A DNA stretch of 64,000 bases from Paraspadella gotoi (Eukaryota > Animalia > Chaetognatha). Every line of letters begins with the position of its first letter. Position 1 is the stretch's first letter. Shown one piece after another: positions 12,201-28,511 of this stretch. A program made the translations under genes and the position numbers. The notes beneath the pieces were generated by a model that saw nothing but the letters and a program-made list of their open reading frames with translations, searched no databases and was not told where the DNA came from. Location: assembly GCA_051294375.1 (NCBI GenBank), contig CM119265.1, positions 10,236,684 through 10,300,683 of the forward strand, written 5' to 3'.

Positions 12201-13602
12201 TATCTTCTAGGATAAAACTAGTAAATACTATGCTTGAGTGGATGTACTATCTCGTTGCTAAGGCTTAATAATTAAACATTAAAAAAATTATTCAATTACG
12301 TTTACATTTCTGTAAATCAAACAATCCTTCCAAAATTACAAGCAGTTAGCTACGAGTACGACCACCGATGATAACTAAGCTACCAGGACTACGAAGAAAT
12401 AAGACACGAGTATCATTAAAGCATGACTGAACCATCAGGCTCAGCTAAACAGATGTCATATACTATTAATAGTAAAATCCCTGCAAACCCCATAATTCGA
12501 TGGAAAGAAGAGAAACAATCAAATTTAAAATCAAAGATAGTCCCTAACACAAAATGCAAATAAGTCTACCAACCTAGCATTCCCGCTTGAGCGGCCAAAT
12601 GAAGCGGAGTTCGATTGACTTTGGACTTGAGGTCGCAGGAGACGCCGGCGCGAAGGAGAACCTCGGCGGAGGCGACGTGGCCGTGTTGACAAGCCAAGTG
12701 GAGGGCGGAGATGCCCAGCTAAAAAATGAAATAAAATGTTTAAAAATAAGGTATTTATTAGGACTTTTTATCGTCTTACATGACAATGTCGAATGTAATA
12801 ATGAAGAAACATCATGATGTGGACGATATCACACCGATCTAAATTTAAAACTCTAAGTCTCACCCAATCGGTGGCGACGGGCGCTCCCTCAATCAGCAGC
12901 TTCCTGATCATTTCCGCGTCTCCGCGCTCGGCGGCGGCGATAAGATTCTTTCCCGCTTCGACGCTCGACGGCGGCAGCGACGCCAAATCCACGGCCGGCG
13001 TCGATGGGCGTGTCGCCGAGTGCGGTAGCCGAGTTGACGACGCCGGAAAATTGACGCTCTGTGTCGTCAGCGCCGATTGGGAAGGCGGGACGGTGATCAA
13101 TTGAAAAGAGGCGTCGTTTCCGAGAGAGAACGGCGTCGAAATCGTGATTAGTTCCGATGATGAGGCGGTCGACGGCGTCGTCGATGAAACTAGAAATTAA
13201 GAATTTACTTAAGAATTACATATTGCAGTCTTTAAACTTAAAGCAATCCATTATGGATTCCATACCTTCCACGACGGAGGTACTCGGAAAATTTGTTTGT
13301 TGCAAAACGACGACATTTTCATTCACAAACTGCGGGGAAAATAATTCACAAAACATTAATTGTCATGATCATGTAATTTTTATAAATATAATCCAATATC
13401 AAAAGATAAAATCTGATTGACTGTACAAAGTCGGGAGGCAAGATAGCCTATCTATTAAATGATTCGATAATATTTACATTGGTTGTACCAATTTCATAGT
13501 GGAGAAATTAATAAACGCTACTCTCACCTGAAATGGGACGGCGTTGACTTCGTTTCGCAAAGGGACGCCTGGCTCGCTGATTACGAGCATCGGAGTTTCC
13601 AT
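9248..13602 (-). CDS. GABPB1: GA-binding protein beta subunit-like ankyrin-repeat protein (~851 aa)
   Basis: Ten in-frame exons: 13528-13602, 13266-13329, 12864-13189, 12574-12718, 11990-12141, 11773-11868, 11515-11680, 11118-11438, 10525-10749, 9248-10233. [11 protein letters not shown]...[17 protein letters not shown]...[11 protein letters not shown]...[11 protein letters not shown]...[11 protein letters not shown]...NKFGRTP matches the GABPB1/2 ankyrin block (GAPFTTDWLGTSPLHLAA...DMLKMTALHWA). Confidence 0.88.
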
Positions 13603-14153
13603 AGGATGAAGCGGACGTGGAATGAGATCATCTCATTTCGGCTGAAGAAATTTTTGTAATTAAATTAATTATGGATTTCATTCACTTTGAAAATATCGTT
13701 GTCCTAATGATATTTAACGAAGAGTTAACACAAAATCGGCCCACACTCTATATACCGTAATCCATTGTTGCAGAGCCTTCAATGTTTTATTGTATTAGAG
13801 CGTAAAAACAAATTTTTTTGAGACGCAACTTTAGCGAAAACATAATTTTTAAGTCCACTGACTGTTTCCAAAGTGAAGTCTTGCTCGTTTGCTTAGTAAG
13901 TTTTTGACTATCACACTAGTTGTGAAAGATACTGAAAAAAAAAAGTAAAGCTTTGATGTTTGATCTTTATTGCAATTTGGTTACATCTTAACACAAGAGC
14001 TGAGTACGATTCAATTTGAAAGATATTTGCGATCTTTGTCGCTTTTTCGGTTTTTTTTTCTCTCATCCGTGAATAAAACTGATTCAGAGAGGAGAGGCGC
14101 ATATACATAGAAATTACTGCGGTGAGAACATCACAGTTCGGGACGGATTTTTC

Positions 14154-16920
<2,767 letters not shown>

Positions 16921-17286
16921 GATGGCGTTGTTGTTCTCCCTTGAGTCCGGAGAGCGAAATGTTGATTTTATTCTCGTATTTGAAACCAACTTTCGTACAT
17001 TTAAAACTGAAATCTTCGCTCAGATCTTATTTTTTAAAAAAAAAAATTTTGAGCCAGTTTCCGATACGACCGGCTTTAAAGGATTCGTCGTAGATATTTC
17101 GAAGCTACCATTAAGATGCTGAAGAATCTGCGGGCAGAGAACGATCTTCTCCAAGGATTTAATTAGAAATGTCCTCTGCTAATCAGACATCCTTCGGAAA
17201 CAGAGCTGAAATTTAGGATCCTTTTTTTTCCCTTCAACGAGGAGGTTCAAGTTTTCATTTTGAACGATTAATTTTCTTCTTTCTGT

Positions 17287-17395
<109 letters not shown>

Positions 17396-18381
17396 AGAGC
17401 AACGAGAAAAGAAAGTCGAATAAGAGAATCGAGCTGCAAAAGAAAAAAATAAAGTTGGCGATTGTTTTCGTGAAAAATGTGAGAAAAAAAAGAATTACCT
17501 TCCCTGGCCGATCGATAAGTGGCGAGAAATCGGTGAAATCATTTTCAAAAGGCGCATCAGTGAATGAAGGAAAAAAATGACGGGGATATTCAAATTCAAT
17601 GGTTCGACAATATCGTTGAGCGTAAATAATTTATATTTCGTTTTTCAAGCGAGAGGAAAGTATCTATTCTCGTTTGGTTCTCCAATGTTTGATCAGTCGT
17701 CTGTATTTGCTTCGTTGCGATATTTCCCACGAAAATTGATTCTCTTTTCTATCCCGTCTTTTTCAAACTTACAAAAGAAGTGGCGAAATAGTTAACTGTT
17801 AATCTCTTTTTCGCCTTCGCGTCGTCCGACTACAATACAAAATAAGAAGTCTGAAGGCGAAAAGAGTAAGACGAAACAAACCGGGTTTTTCTTTATTAAA
17901 TGTCGTTCTTCAGTGTCATTGGTCTGCGAACAATTTCATGTTTCGAAATTGATTTAAAATCCCTGGTGGCCGACGAAAAAGTATCGAGAGAAAGTTGGAA
18001 CCTAAGTGTGGGCCAATTGGAGCGAAGAGGATCCAGTGTCCAATAAAAAAAGAGAATGATTCGGGTTTCGAGATTATTTTTTGTTGTTGTTGAAAAATTA
18101 GAAGATAAAAAAGAAAGTTGTCAAAGGTTTTTGGTCGTCGTTGTTAAAACCGCAGCGACATTGGCAGCCAAATTTAGGATTTATACTACGCAGAATGCCC
18201 TCCATCCCGATTAAGTGGACAAACCGAATGAAGATCAGGAACAATTTTGTTCAATTATTCGTAATGAAATAAAAATAATTTTAATGATAGTAGTATTTCC
18301 TTTCGTTTCTTTTCGTTTGTGAAATATATTTGCAAAGTAAAAGAGATTTTATTGATATACAACAACGATTATTATTTGAAA

Positions 18382-18422
18382 TCGGACAAGTTTCGATTCT
18401 TTGTACGAACCTTCATCAGTGC
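18382..18422 (-). ncRNA. Hammerhead ribozyme motif, degenerate stem I
   Basis: Minus strand reads CA-CTGATGA-A-GGTTC gtacaaa GAATC-GAAA-CTTGTC-CG; the first stem I pair is an A-C mismatch; tail sequence at ~18297-18320. Confidence 0.6.
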
Positions 18423-19107
18423 AAAAAGTTTTGACAAATTTGACAAATAATTTCAAGTAAATATAAAAAATGTGTTATAAGTTTTATGTCAAGTAACGTG
18501 TTTTAATCACGTTCAAACTTTGATATTTTTAATAACCTAAAATAGTCCATATTATTTCTACTAATAAATGAAAACTTTCCAAAAATACTATTTTAGTTCA
18601 CTAAACTGTGTAAAATATTAACTAAATGAAAGCTGCAAGCACAAAATTGGCAATCAGAGTTAGAATGTATACCAACAATATTTTTTATAGAATAATGAGT
18701 CACAAAACAAAGGTTGTTTTTAGGCAGAGGTATTCTGCTTCAAAAGCATTGCCATTCTCCACTCAGTATTATTGATATTCCTTATTTTTATTTTTAATAT
18801 TTTGATTTATAATCAATAGTTGCGACTTACCTTATCATAGAAAAGAATCAAGTATTGGAGAACTTTATTGCTTATGACGTAATTTGAGGTAAAGTTATTA
18901 CTGTATATTTTGACTGCATTGACATAGTAAACGAATTGGCATGAGAAAGAATAACAAAAATCAGAAACTCAGTCCAACATTCAATTCAGACTCAGACAAA
19001 GACACATGCTTTAGGGGTCGTTCATTTGCAGCTGATATTGATAGACAAAAGAACACCCAAGGAAATTTGTATAATTTAACATAGATGGATGTGACGGCGA
19101 CCATCTT

Positions 19108-19179
19108 GGGGATGTAGCTCAGTGGTAGAGCGCTCGCTTCGCATGTGAGAGGCCCGGGGTTCAATCCCCCGCATCTCCA
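19108..19179 (+). tRNA. tRNA-Ala(CGC)
   Basis: 72-nt cloverleaf GGGGATG...CATCTCCA with G3:U70; anticodon loop TTCGCAT. Confidence 0.97.
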
Positions 19180-19264
19180 GATACATTTTATTCAGTTTGA
19201 TTTGGAGCTTTCCAAAACGAGATCAAACTTCATATAACATGAAGAATCCAATAAAGGACCCGAA

Positions 19265-19336
19265 GGGGATGTAGCTCAGTGGTAGAGCGTTCGCTTTGCA
19301 TGTGAAAGGTCCGGGGTTCGAACCCCCGCATCTCCA
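19265..19336 (+). tRNA. tRNA-Ala(TGC)
   Basis: Cloverleaf, anticodon loop TTTGCAT, followed directly by a TTTTT Pol III terminator. Confidence 0.97.
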
Positions 19337-19552
19337 TTTTTCATAGAGCTTGATTCTAGCAGCCACACTGTTTTATTAATAAATTAAGGAAAGTCAAAAA
19401 AACTTATTACTGGTAACTCTCACCAACGTTTGAAAATTTTAGTTTTTGTTTCAATTAAAAACACTTTTTAAAGAGCTCAAAAACCGTCTTTCTTTAAAAT
19501 GACACCATTTGATTAGTAACTTTCCACGACCCATACATTTTAATAATCAGTT

Positions 19553-19624
19553 GGGGATGTAGCTCAGTGGTAGAGCGTTCGCTTTGCATGTGAAAGGTCC
19601 GGGGTTCGATCCCCCGCATCTCCA
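19553..19624 (+). tRNA. tRNA-Ala(TGC)
   Basis: Cloverleaf, anticodon loop TTTGCAT, T-run shortly downstream. Confidence 0.97.
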
Positions 19625-20129
19625 ATATTCTTTTTCTGTTTGCAATCGATATGAGTTTCTGATTAATGACTTTCTCACAGGAATGATGGAAGTAATTTTA
19701 ATCTTGTGTTGTAAAGATGATCACTCACCTGCCTCTTCGACTTCAAGTAAATATTTTATAAAAATTTTGAACTTGTATAAAAAATATTAAAAAATAAATA
19801 ATAAACATTTAATTATTCAATTTAAGATATAAGAATTGAAGCCAACAAGCCGAAACATGTCCGTCTTTTAATAATAAAAATCGTTGTAATAATTTAAAAA
19901 ATACTTTGCTTTCTCAAGAATAATTTATAATATAAAACATTATCAAATTTACATAATTGTGATATATCCTTTCTTTCGTTGTGTTTGAGGCAATTACAAA
20001 GTTTTTATTTGTTATAACAACGATTATTTAAAAATCTCAAAAATATAGTGATCTCGCCAGACGTTACTAACAAAGAAAATTAACTAAAAAATTCGGAAAA
20101 AAAGGAATGATTGATGCAATAACCAATTA

Positions 20130-20700
20130 TTTATGTAATAGTAATTAATTTATGTAATAGCAATTGATTGATGTAATAGTAATTGATCTATGTAATAGCA
20201 ATTGATTGATGTAATAGCAATTGATTGATGTAATAGTAATTGATTGCTGTAATAGTAATTGATTGATGTAATAGATATTGATTGATATAATAGCAATTCA
20301 TTGATGTAATAGTAATTGATTGATGTAATAGCAATTGATTGATGTAATAGTAATTATGTGATAAAATAGTAATTGATTGATGTAATAGTAATTGATTGAT
20401 GTAATAATAATAGATTGATATAATAGTAATTGATTGATATAATAGCAATTTATTTATGTAATAGCAATTGATTGATGTAATAGCAATTGATTAATGTAAT
20501 AGTAATTGATTGCTGTAATAATAATTGATTATTGAAGAGATGATAACCAATTATTGATGCGATGATAACCAATTATTGATGGGATGATAACCAATTATTG
20601 ATACGATGATAACCAATTATTAATACGATGATAACCAAATGATTGATGTGATGCCAATTATTAATACGATGATAACCAAATGATGGATGCGATGATAGTC
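20130..20700. repeat. Adjacent minisatellites: 21-bp (GATGTAATAGTAATTGATTGA-like) array, then ~22-bp (GATGATAACCAATTATTGAT..) array
   Basis: Direct tandem copies visible at 20130-20530 and 20540-20700. Confidence 0.9.
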
Positions 20701-22332
20701 ATTCATTGATGCCATGTGTCATTCATCGTAAATAAAACATGCATGTATGAGTGAGAGAGAGAGAGAAAGACAGAGAGAGAGAAAAAAAATATAGAGAGAA
20801 ACTGGACAGCCACTGCAGAGCTGAACTCGTTTTAAGACGAATCAGAAGAGGCAGCGACGGAAAAAAAGAGAGAGAGAGAGTGACATATAATTAAAAGAGA
20901 GAGAGAGAGAGAAAAAGAGAGAGAGATAGAGAGAAGCTGGACAGCCGTTGGACAGCCACTTTATATATATAACAAGTTTGATCAAACAATGTCGGATCTG
21001 CCTAAGCTAATTCGATGATAAATCATGGTAATTTTTCTGACTCTCAATTTGTGATTATAACAAATTATAATAGACTTCTTAATAAATCTATGAAAAAATC
21101 TATAAATCAATTGATCAATCAATCATTAACAGAGGCTGCGCCAATACCAACTTGCATAATTTGGCCAACTTTCTCAGGGGGCCCGGGATGGCCCTGAGAA
21201 GAGAGAAAAAAGAAGGAAAGAAAGAAGAAAAAAAGAAGAAAAAAAAGAAGAAGAAAAAAAAAAAGAAGTTTGAGCACTGGAACGATTTTTAAAAATAAAA
21301 ACTAAAATTATGGAGAGCGAGGTCTTTTTATAAAATCAGGCAGTGTGGGGGGCACAGTGATCCAAAAAAAAAATTAAAACAGGAGAAAAGCCACTTGAAC
21401 ATACGGGCATAAATGCATATTCAGTCTTTCCATAGTAATGGTACAAAGTACACAGTTTCCAAAAATTATTCTTTCTCAAGTTATAAGCAAATCTCTATTT
21501 TGAGTGAGTCTTTGAGAGGTTTGTTTCACCCAGATGGGTGGAAGAGAAAAATTATTTGACTTTGTTATGATTAAAGCTCTTTGTCTAGTTTGTTAACAAA
21601 TAAAAAAAAGATATTTATATTATGTCACTATGTATGATATGAAAAACATAGTAAAAACTCATCGAATTTCAGCCGATTTCAATCAACCAGATTTAGTTCC
21701 TAATGATACATCTTCTCACTAATCAGTTACCAATTAAATCTCATCCGCATTCGTCCACCATTTTGAGAAATCCAAAAATGCTTTTCATTCCAAAAATAAT
21801 AAAAAAGATTTTCCGATCTTAATTTGCTTAAAGATTAAAATATAATAAAGAAAAAAATATTAAGTTGGGTCACTTTCTTTTTAATATCAAAATTATAAAT
21901 CAAAAGTTGTTCAATTATCATAAATGATAACCAAATTTGGCAGTAAATGAATTTTTTCTCAATATTTTTTCAAATCACTTTTTATTATCTGAAACGTTTC
22001 TAACAACCTTAGAGGGCATCTATGATAACCAACATACGAAAAAAAGTTGTTTTTGCCAAAAAAGAGAGGTTTATTCGGAAATTAAGGCCATTTGGATCAC
22101 TGTGGGGGGGGGCGACTAGGAGGCCAGTGGGGGGCTCGCCATTTCTCTCGCCGCCTCTGAAGAAGAAATATAAGAAAGAATATAAAAGAATTTATAATTT
22201 AATCTAACATATAGTCAAATATATTACCCTTTTACATTCATTATAAAATTTAATCTAATTAATTTTTTTTATTTTGTTATTATATTTTTTTCTCAAAGTT
22301 TTAAGTTGCATTGGTCTCCAATATAACAAGTC

Positions 22333-22404
22333 GGGGATGTAGCTCAGTGGTAGAGCGCTCGCTTCGCATGTGAGAAGTCCGGGGTTCAATCCCCCGCATC
22401 TCCA
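22333..22404 (+). tRNA. tRNA-Ala(CGC)
   Basis: Cloverleaf, anticodon loop TTCGCAT, TTTT downstream. Confidence 0.96.
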
Positions 22405-22671
22405 CTTTTGATAATAATTAAAGGCAATAATCTCATCAGATTTAGCTATTTGTGGCTAATACAAGATAATTAACAAAAATGTTTATTTCCAGATAATAAC
22501 AATGTGACAGGAAGAATTCTTAAGAGGCACACAAAGAATCATAATTTAAATTGTAATAAAAATTCATATTGAAGTAATCCTTTCTTTTTCGTTGTTAGTA
22601 GTGATTAGAGAATTGTTTTTGTTTACAACGAATTTTATCTTAATTAAATTTAATTAATTTAATTTAATTAA

Positions 22672-22714
22672 AACGCTGATGAAGGCTTGTAAAGCAAGTC
22701 GAAACATGTCCGTT
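22672..22714 (+). ncRNA. Minimal type I hammerhead ribozyme motif inside a fold-back element (~22578-22763)
   Basis: AACG-CTGATGA-A-GGCTTG taaag CAAGTC-GAAA-CATGTC-CGTT; the opposite arm carries the ACAACGAAAAAGAAAGGA tail. Confidence 0.85.
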
Positions 22715-22981
22715 CAATTAAAATAAAATTCGTTGCAAACAAAAACTTTGTCAATTCTCTAATAAAAATTCAAAACAAGAAAATTCAAGAACAAAAAGCA
22801 AAGCGGCTGTCGTTGATCGAGCTGCCATTCAGTAAAAAGAAAACTAAAGAATGTGTGAAGCAATCTGGGAGAGCAAAGTTTTTGTCTACTGTGAGTCATC
22901 TCAAAAGTTTAATTTCAGTTTCAAATGGACCATCACTGATTTGAAAAGAGTCGTCAATCCCAAAATGAAGAAACCGGTAGG

Positions 22982-25900
22982 CTAAAGGAAAACGACGGTG
23001 TAGTCGTCAAAGGCTCCCCACCCTTTTTTGTGCGACTCGTGCGGCAAGAAGATGTCGTCGATCGGCACCTCTAGTGCAAAGTCTTCCTTGGCGCCTTTGA
23101 GTCTATAAAGGAGCCGGTCGCAGCCGCGAGTCTTGGCGGCGATCTCGTCGACGGGGATGTAACCGGCCGGTTCAACCTCTACATCGGCTTTCTTGTGATA
23201 CTTGCCCCAGAATCGACTGGACCCGAAGCGAACGCGCACTGAAGGTTAAGAAAGAAATTAATATGCTTTTCTTTTTTATCAATTCTTAAAATCAGTCATA
23301 CATAATAAACATTAAACTAAATTGCCTTGCCTTTTTTTCGCGTTAACCCTCTTTTACTCGAAGAAGACGGACTTCGATCAGTAGCGTTTCCTGTTAAACA
23401 AATGAGAAAGTTAACAATATAGACAATATAGTCAAAAGAGGTCAAGGCGCCTGAAGGAGCAGAGGATTGGTTTTTTTTCCATTTCGAGGAATTTTTCATT
23501 TTTGTTTAAACTTTTGACAACGAATGTCGTTTGATGTCACTGCAGGCTGAGACCTCGAAGGGAGAATTATCGGACCTCTTTATATATATTCTTGAGTTGC
23601 TGTTATATTCTTGCCATCGTTTTCGGTTACAGAAAATTAAAAATGAGAAATAGAAAAATAAAATTGGTAATAGAAACAAAGGTGTCTTTTAACAGAGTGT
23701 CTTAAGCAACATATTAATAATTAGGGAGCCATATTAAGATTTGCGATTTAAATACTTTTCTATTGTCCATTTTATTGATAATATAAGTAAATACTCTAAC
23801 ATGTAAATTAGATTTTTCCACCACTTGTGCTTTTATTTTCGACACATAAGCCGCAAGCGCATTGCGCAATCCAGCTCCGGGAGACCAAAAAGTCGAAATG
23901 CGCTTTTGTTTTCCCGGATTCAACTAGTGTTCAACTAGAGTTAGTGATACAACCGTTCAATATAAACAGTCCCTGAGATTCGAAGCAGGAAATAACACCA
24001 TGTCTTAAAAGCGAGGCGGCTACCGGGCTAGAACCCGGTTAGGAGAACGAATGACTTTCCTCCGGTACCAATGACATCTAGGAAAATTTAGCGGATTTTA
24101 GGACACCAGAATTATAATATTTAAATTAAATCAATATTGATATAAAAGCTGATAATTTCTGATTGTAAATCATTATATTAATTTATAATATGAAAAATAC
24201 GTAAACAAAAAGTTTAGTCAGGTGAAACATAATTAACGAAGCGAAAAAATTATCACCATTTTATTTATTACGCTTCATATTTATTTCTGATTCAATCGAG
24301 ATAAATACATATTAAATAGATGAATAAGTATTAAGTAATAGTATGAAAAAAAGTTGCATTCATATTTTTGCAGCTAATTGGACAGGATCCTGTTTATGTC
24401 CTCATTAACTTAAAGGCAAGGTCATGCTTCTCCTTGTCGAAGAACAAATACGTAATTAACTATAAAGTAAGGATAATGATTTCGAGAAGAATAACTCTTT
24501 TTTTTCTCAGCAGGTTAATTACAAATAATGTATTAATGATTAATAATTACGCACATGACTTACATTTTATACAATTAAATCAATAAAAACAATATACTAC
24601 TGTCCTGTGCAAAAAAAGTCAGACTTTAAAAATTTTTTTAAAAAATTTCAAAAGTGATTTAAAGTTTATTGAAAGATGATAAGTTTGGCATTAATTTTAT
24701 TAAAATTGGGCTATCCGTTTAAAAGCAATGATTTTTTTTTAAAACGAAGTAATCTACCAAAAAGCTGAATATAAAAAAATCTGATAGATTTAAGACTAAT
24801 CTTTTTTCTTCTGATATTTTGCAATACTTGAAATAGATTAAAAATCTTTAAAAATTATAGTAGATATCCGGAGGGATAGCTGGATAACTTTATTTCCCCA
24901 AATACCTAAATAATAATCTTAAAATTATTAAAACATATGATAAAAAACAAATCCATAATTCTGAAGCTTTTACACGGATTTCAAATAGGAGTGAAATAAA
25001 ATGATCTAAATTATCTGATATAGCGACTTCAGATTTTGCACTTTAGTAAAAAAATCGTTAATATTTTTGTATTTTCGAATTCCCAGTAGTCCAGCTTATT
25101 TACTTTCTTAGTTATGTACTTATCAATAGCATGATCAAATTTTGTAAAAAAAATTTTTTTTGCATTTGAATAGGACCTTTTTATTATAAGATAATAAGAT
25201 ATATTTGTGGCGAATCGATGAATTCGCCAACTTCTTCCAATGGCCCCAAAGGCGTAGAGACAATGGAACCGGCGTTGGGTCTTCCTCGCGGAGTCGTTAA
25301 TACGAATGTTTCATAACAAAGTTCTTAATTTGTTCACTGTTAAAATCTGGTACCTTAATGAAACAATCAAAGCATATAGATATTCTATATGCATTAACAA
25401 ATAAAGACAAAAACAAGTAATGCTATCAATAATCAATAAACGTTAACAATTAAAAGCTCTGTCAAAACATTACAAAATAATATTGGTAAGGTTCTAAAAA
25501 TAGAACCATGAACTACTGCTAGTTATATGTGAATAGGTTATAAAGGAAAAATAAAATATCTATTAAATAAGTACCAGAGTGTTGTGAACCATTACAGTTA
25601 CAGTAGAGTCCCAGGATCAAATCTGGGAGATGGTTATTTTAGTTTACAAAATAATTGTGTCTATTGAAAGGCAAAGAAAGAGGGATCGAATCCTACATAA
25701 TTTTTATAAAAAAAATGAAATGTTTTAAAATTTCTGTTCATTTTAGAGATATAAACATTGGAATATGTGTCTGAGCAATCTGAGTGTCAAAAAAAAAATG
25801 ACAACCTTTTCCATTTTATAATTTTTTTAAAAATCTGTGTAAATAAGTCGATTTTCCCCATTTGGTTTTGGAACACTCAAGTTTAAAAATCATATCTCCT

Positions 25901-28511
25901 AAACCACTTGACCGATTTTAATAAAATTTAAATACATTAATTCTTTATATAATTTTTAAAAATGTTTTTATAAAGCGTTTGGAAAAGTTATAAAGTGGCG
26001 CGTTTTTTTTGTTTTTTGTTTTTTTTTCCTTCATTGATAGGGAAGCCAGGTACTCTGTGAGTTAATAAACTAGACGGTGAGAGAGTCTTGATTATAAGCT
26101 TGCTGGGTTCTGCTATGTAATAAAGTCGATGACAAGATAAATTATTTATTTATTTTCAATATCATTCAAGTCATCGAACATTCTTCGCTCCTCCACTCAC
26201 CGACGGCGACGAACTCGCAGTCATCCCATTTTTTCTCCTCTGGAGGAAAGCAGACCCTCTCTTTCCGGCAAACGTGGTTGCCGTCTTGGTACTTGACGGT
26301 GCGCACGTCGGCGTCTTTCCATTTCCGGCAAAGACGCCGGACGTCGGCTCCGCGAACGAATCCCTCGGCGTCTATGGGGACCAGAATCTCATGGTTGTCG
26401 CCGTTCTCTTCGTCGCGGACAAAGAATCGTACTGAAGGAAACGAAGTAAAAATATTTCTATGAAAATTAGCAAAATTATTTGTTTCACTATCTTATATTT
26501 TTATATTTTATGAATGTTTTACTTTTTAATCTATATTATTTAATTATATATAATACTTATTTAAAAGTTTTTTTACTTATTATATCTAAAAAATATCTAA
26601 TAACTAATTTGGGATGTAGAGGTCAGTGTGTTTCTGGTAATAGAGGGAGCATCTATACAACACTAGGTCTTAGTTTTCTAATAGATATCACACATCATTC
26701 CTGTTAAAAAGTCATTAATGAAAAATTGATGATATCTAAAAGGCTATATAATGAATTTGGATTTATGATTTATGATATTTCATTAAACAGAGTATAATAT
26801 CTATAGAAATTTAACGCACGTAATCACATCTTAAGATACAAAATTAGGTTGTACGGTTTTTCAATCACATGGGTACGTAAATTACAATTTACAAATTACA
26901 ATTACAATTTATAAATTATGTTTGCATACAAACAAAAAATCGCAAGTAGCAGAATATTAGGTTTCAGCGCACTTTATGATATTCATATCGGTTTCGCTTC
27001 ATTAGTTGATGGTTGTGGTAAAAAGCGGTTCGATAATATCTCTAAACTGAAAGCTGATTAAAATTTTTTTTTAATGCATCATAAAATCAAAATCCGAAAT
27101 ATGTCATGTAGCGAATTATATTTTTTTAACAATTAAAAATCATTTGGGGTAACCGTCACTTGATAGTGAAGAAACAACGAAAATTGTTGCTGCAAAACAG
27201 GGACTTAACATCAATCTTTTTTTCGCTCTTTTCACTGTTGTATCACACGGCGTCTAATTTAATTACTGAACGCTGATTTCATAAACGACAACTGAAAAGG
27301 ATCTCGGCTTTCGTGATGGACAACGACATGCGTGTCGCAACAAAATCCTAATGCGAATGGGCAGAACCGAGGATCAGAATCGTAATTGAATCAGAAGCAA
27401 TTTTCTATCTCCGCCGAAAGATGTGGATCAAAGAGGGAAGCAACCGATAGAAAATGGCTGAGGAATGAGGATGGAAATTTTATGAACGAGCGAACACAAA
27501 CAAGTTATTTGTAATCTTTCATCATTTACTTGTGTTTATCGTCTTGATTTATGATAATTAGAAAGACTATCTCAAACTTTTGACTTTAATTCAGTCAGTA
27601 CTTTTTAAAAGATAAACTTGCGCATATTTATACAGGAAATAAACGGTGTGGCAATAAATTTGCCAATAAATTTAATAAATTAGGAAAAAAAAGTACGTGT
27701 AAGTATGCAAAATCACGAGAACCCTCAAGAGAATAATTCTCTGAATAAACAAAGATTTTTTTTATTTAGGTAAACACCTTGCTCCTAGAAACAAGAAAAA
27801 ACGCAAAAATTGTTTTAGCATTAGTAAAAACTTTTTAAATAAAATCTATTGATAAAAAATAATAATTTATTTTAAACTATATCGTAAATTAAGAAATAAC
27901 CTATATTTAAAATATTTATATTAAAAATCCTTTTTACAAATTCTTTTAAATTCCAAATTATTACTATAGACACAAAATTTTTATATAAAATACTTATATT
28001 TTTATTTTTAGAGCTATCAATTATTATTATTAAATATAATATATACTTAATATTAAGTTTACTTTATCATAAGAAAAACTAATAATACCTGGAAATATTA
28101 ACCTTAATTAAAATTTTATCAAAATCTTATAAAAGCCATACCTTAAAATATTAGACTTTGCATATCAACACATACACAAGAGCCTTCCTCAACAAACGTC
28201 AACGATTTTATTCCCACTAACTCTGTAAGAGGTATTCTCGATATGAAATCCTATCCAATTGTATGAGACTGAAACAAATTAATATAATAAAAATTAAAAA
28301 CTTTAATAAAAAAACTTTGATGAAAAACCGTAACAAATTCCGAAGTTAATACCAGGCGCTCATTTTAAGAACGGACGAAATACATCAAAAAATTTTAAAA
28401 ACTTTAAAAAAAATATCTAATTATATAAAAAAAGACCGTAATCATTATTAAAATACACGAACGTTTACTACCTCTAGTCGGAGATTTTTGCCTAAGCAAT
28501 TGGTCGGCCAT
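22982..28511 (-). CDS. Small protein (~195 aa) with two TDP-43 N-terminal-like domains and no RRM
   Basis: Exons 28472-28511, 26201-26431, 23331-23390, 22982-23238 join in frame (588 nt, all phase-1 introns, the last donor GC). Domain B, VRVRF...EVEPAGYIPVDEIAAKTRGCDRLLYR...DIFLPH...GWG...YTVV, parallels TDP-43 YIRV...[28 protein letters not shown]...GILHAP..GWG..VYVV. Could instead be two single-domain genes. Confidence 0.6.

Noticed and set aside
19840-19915. Additional hammerhead candidate AAGCC-GAAACATGTC-CGT
   Set aside because: 5'-truncated and lacks CUGANGA, so counted only as a half motif.
25200-25347. Possible extra or alternative last exon of the TDP-43N-like gene (DFNSEQIKNFVMKHSY-stop)
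   Set aside because: Phase-compatible but unsupported by homology; kept only as the two-gene alternative.
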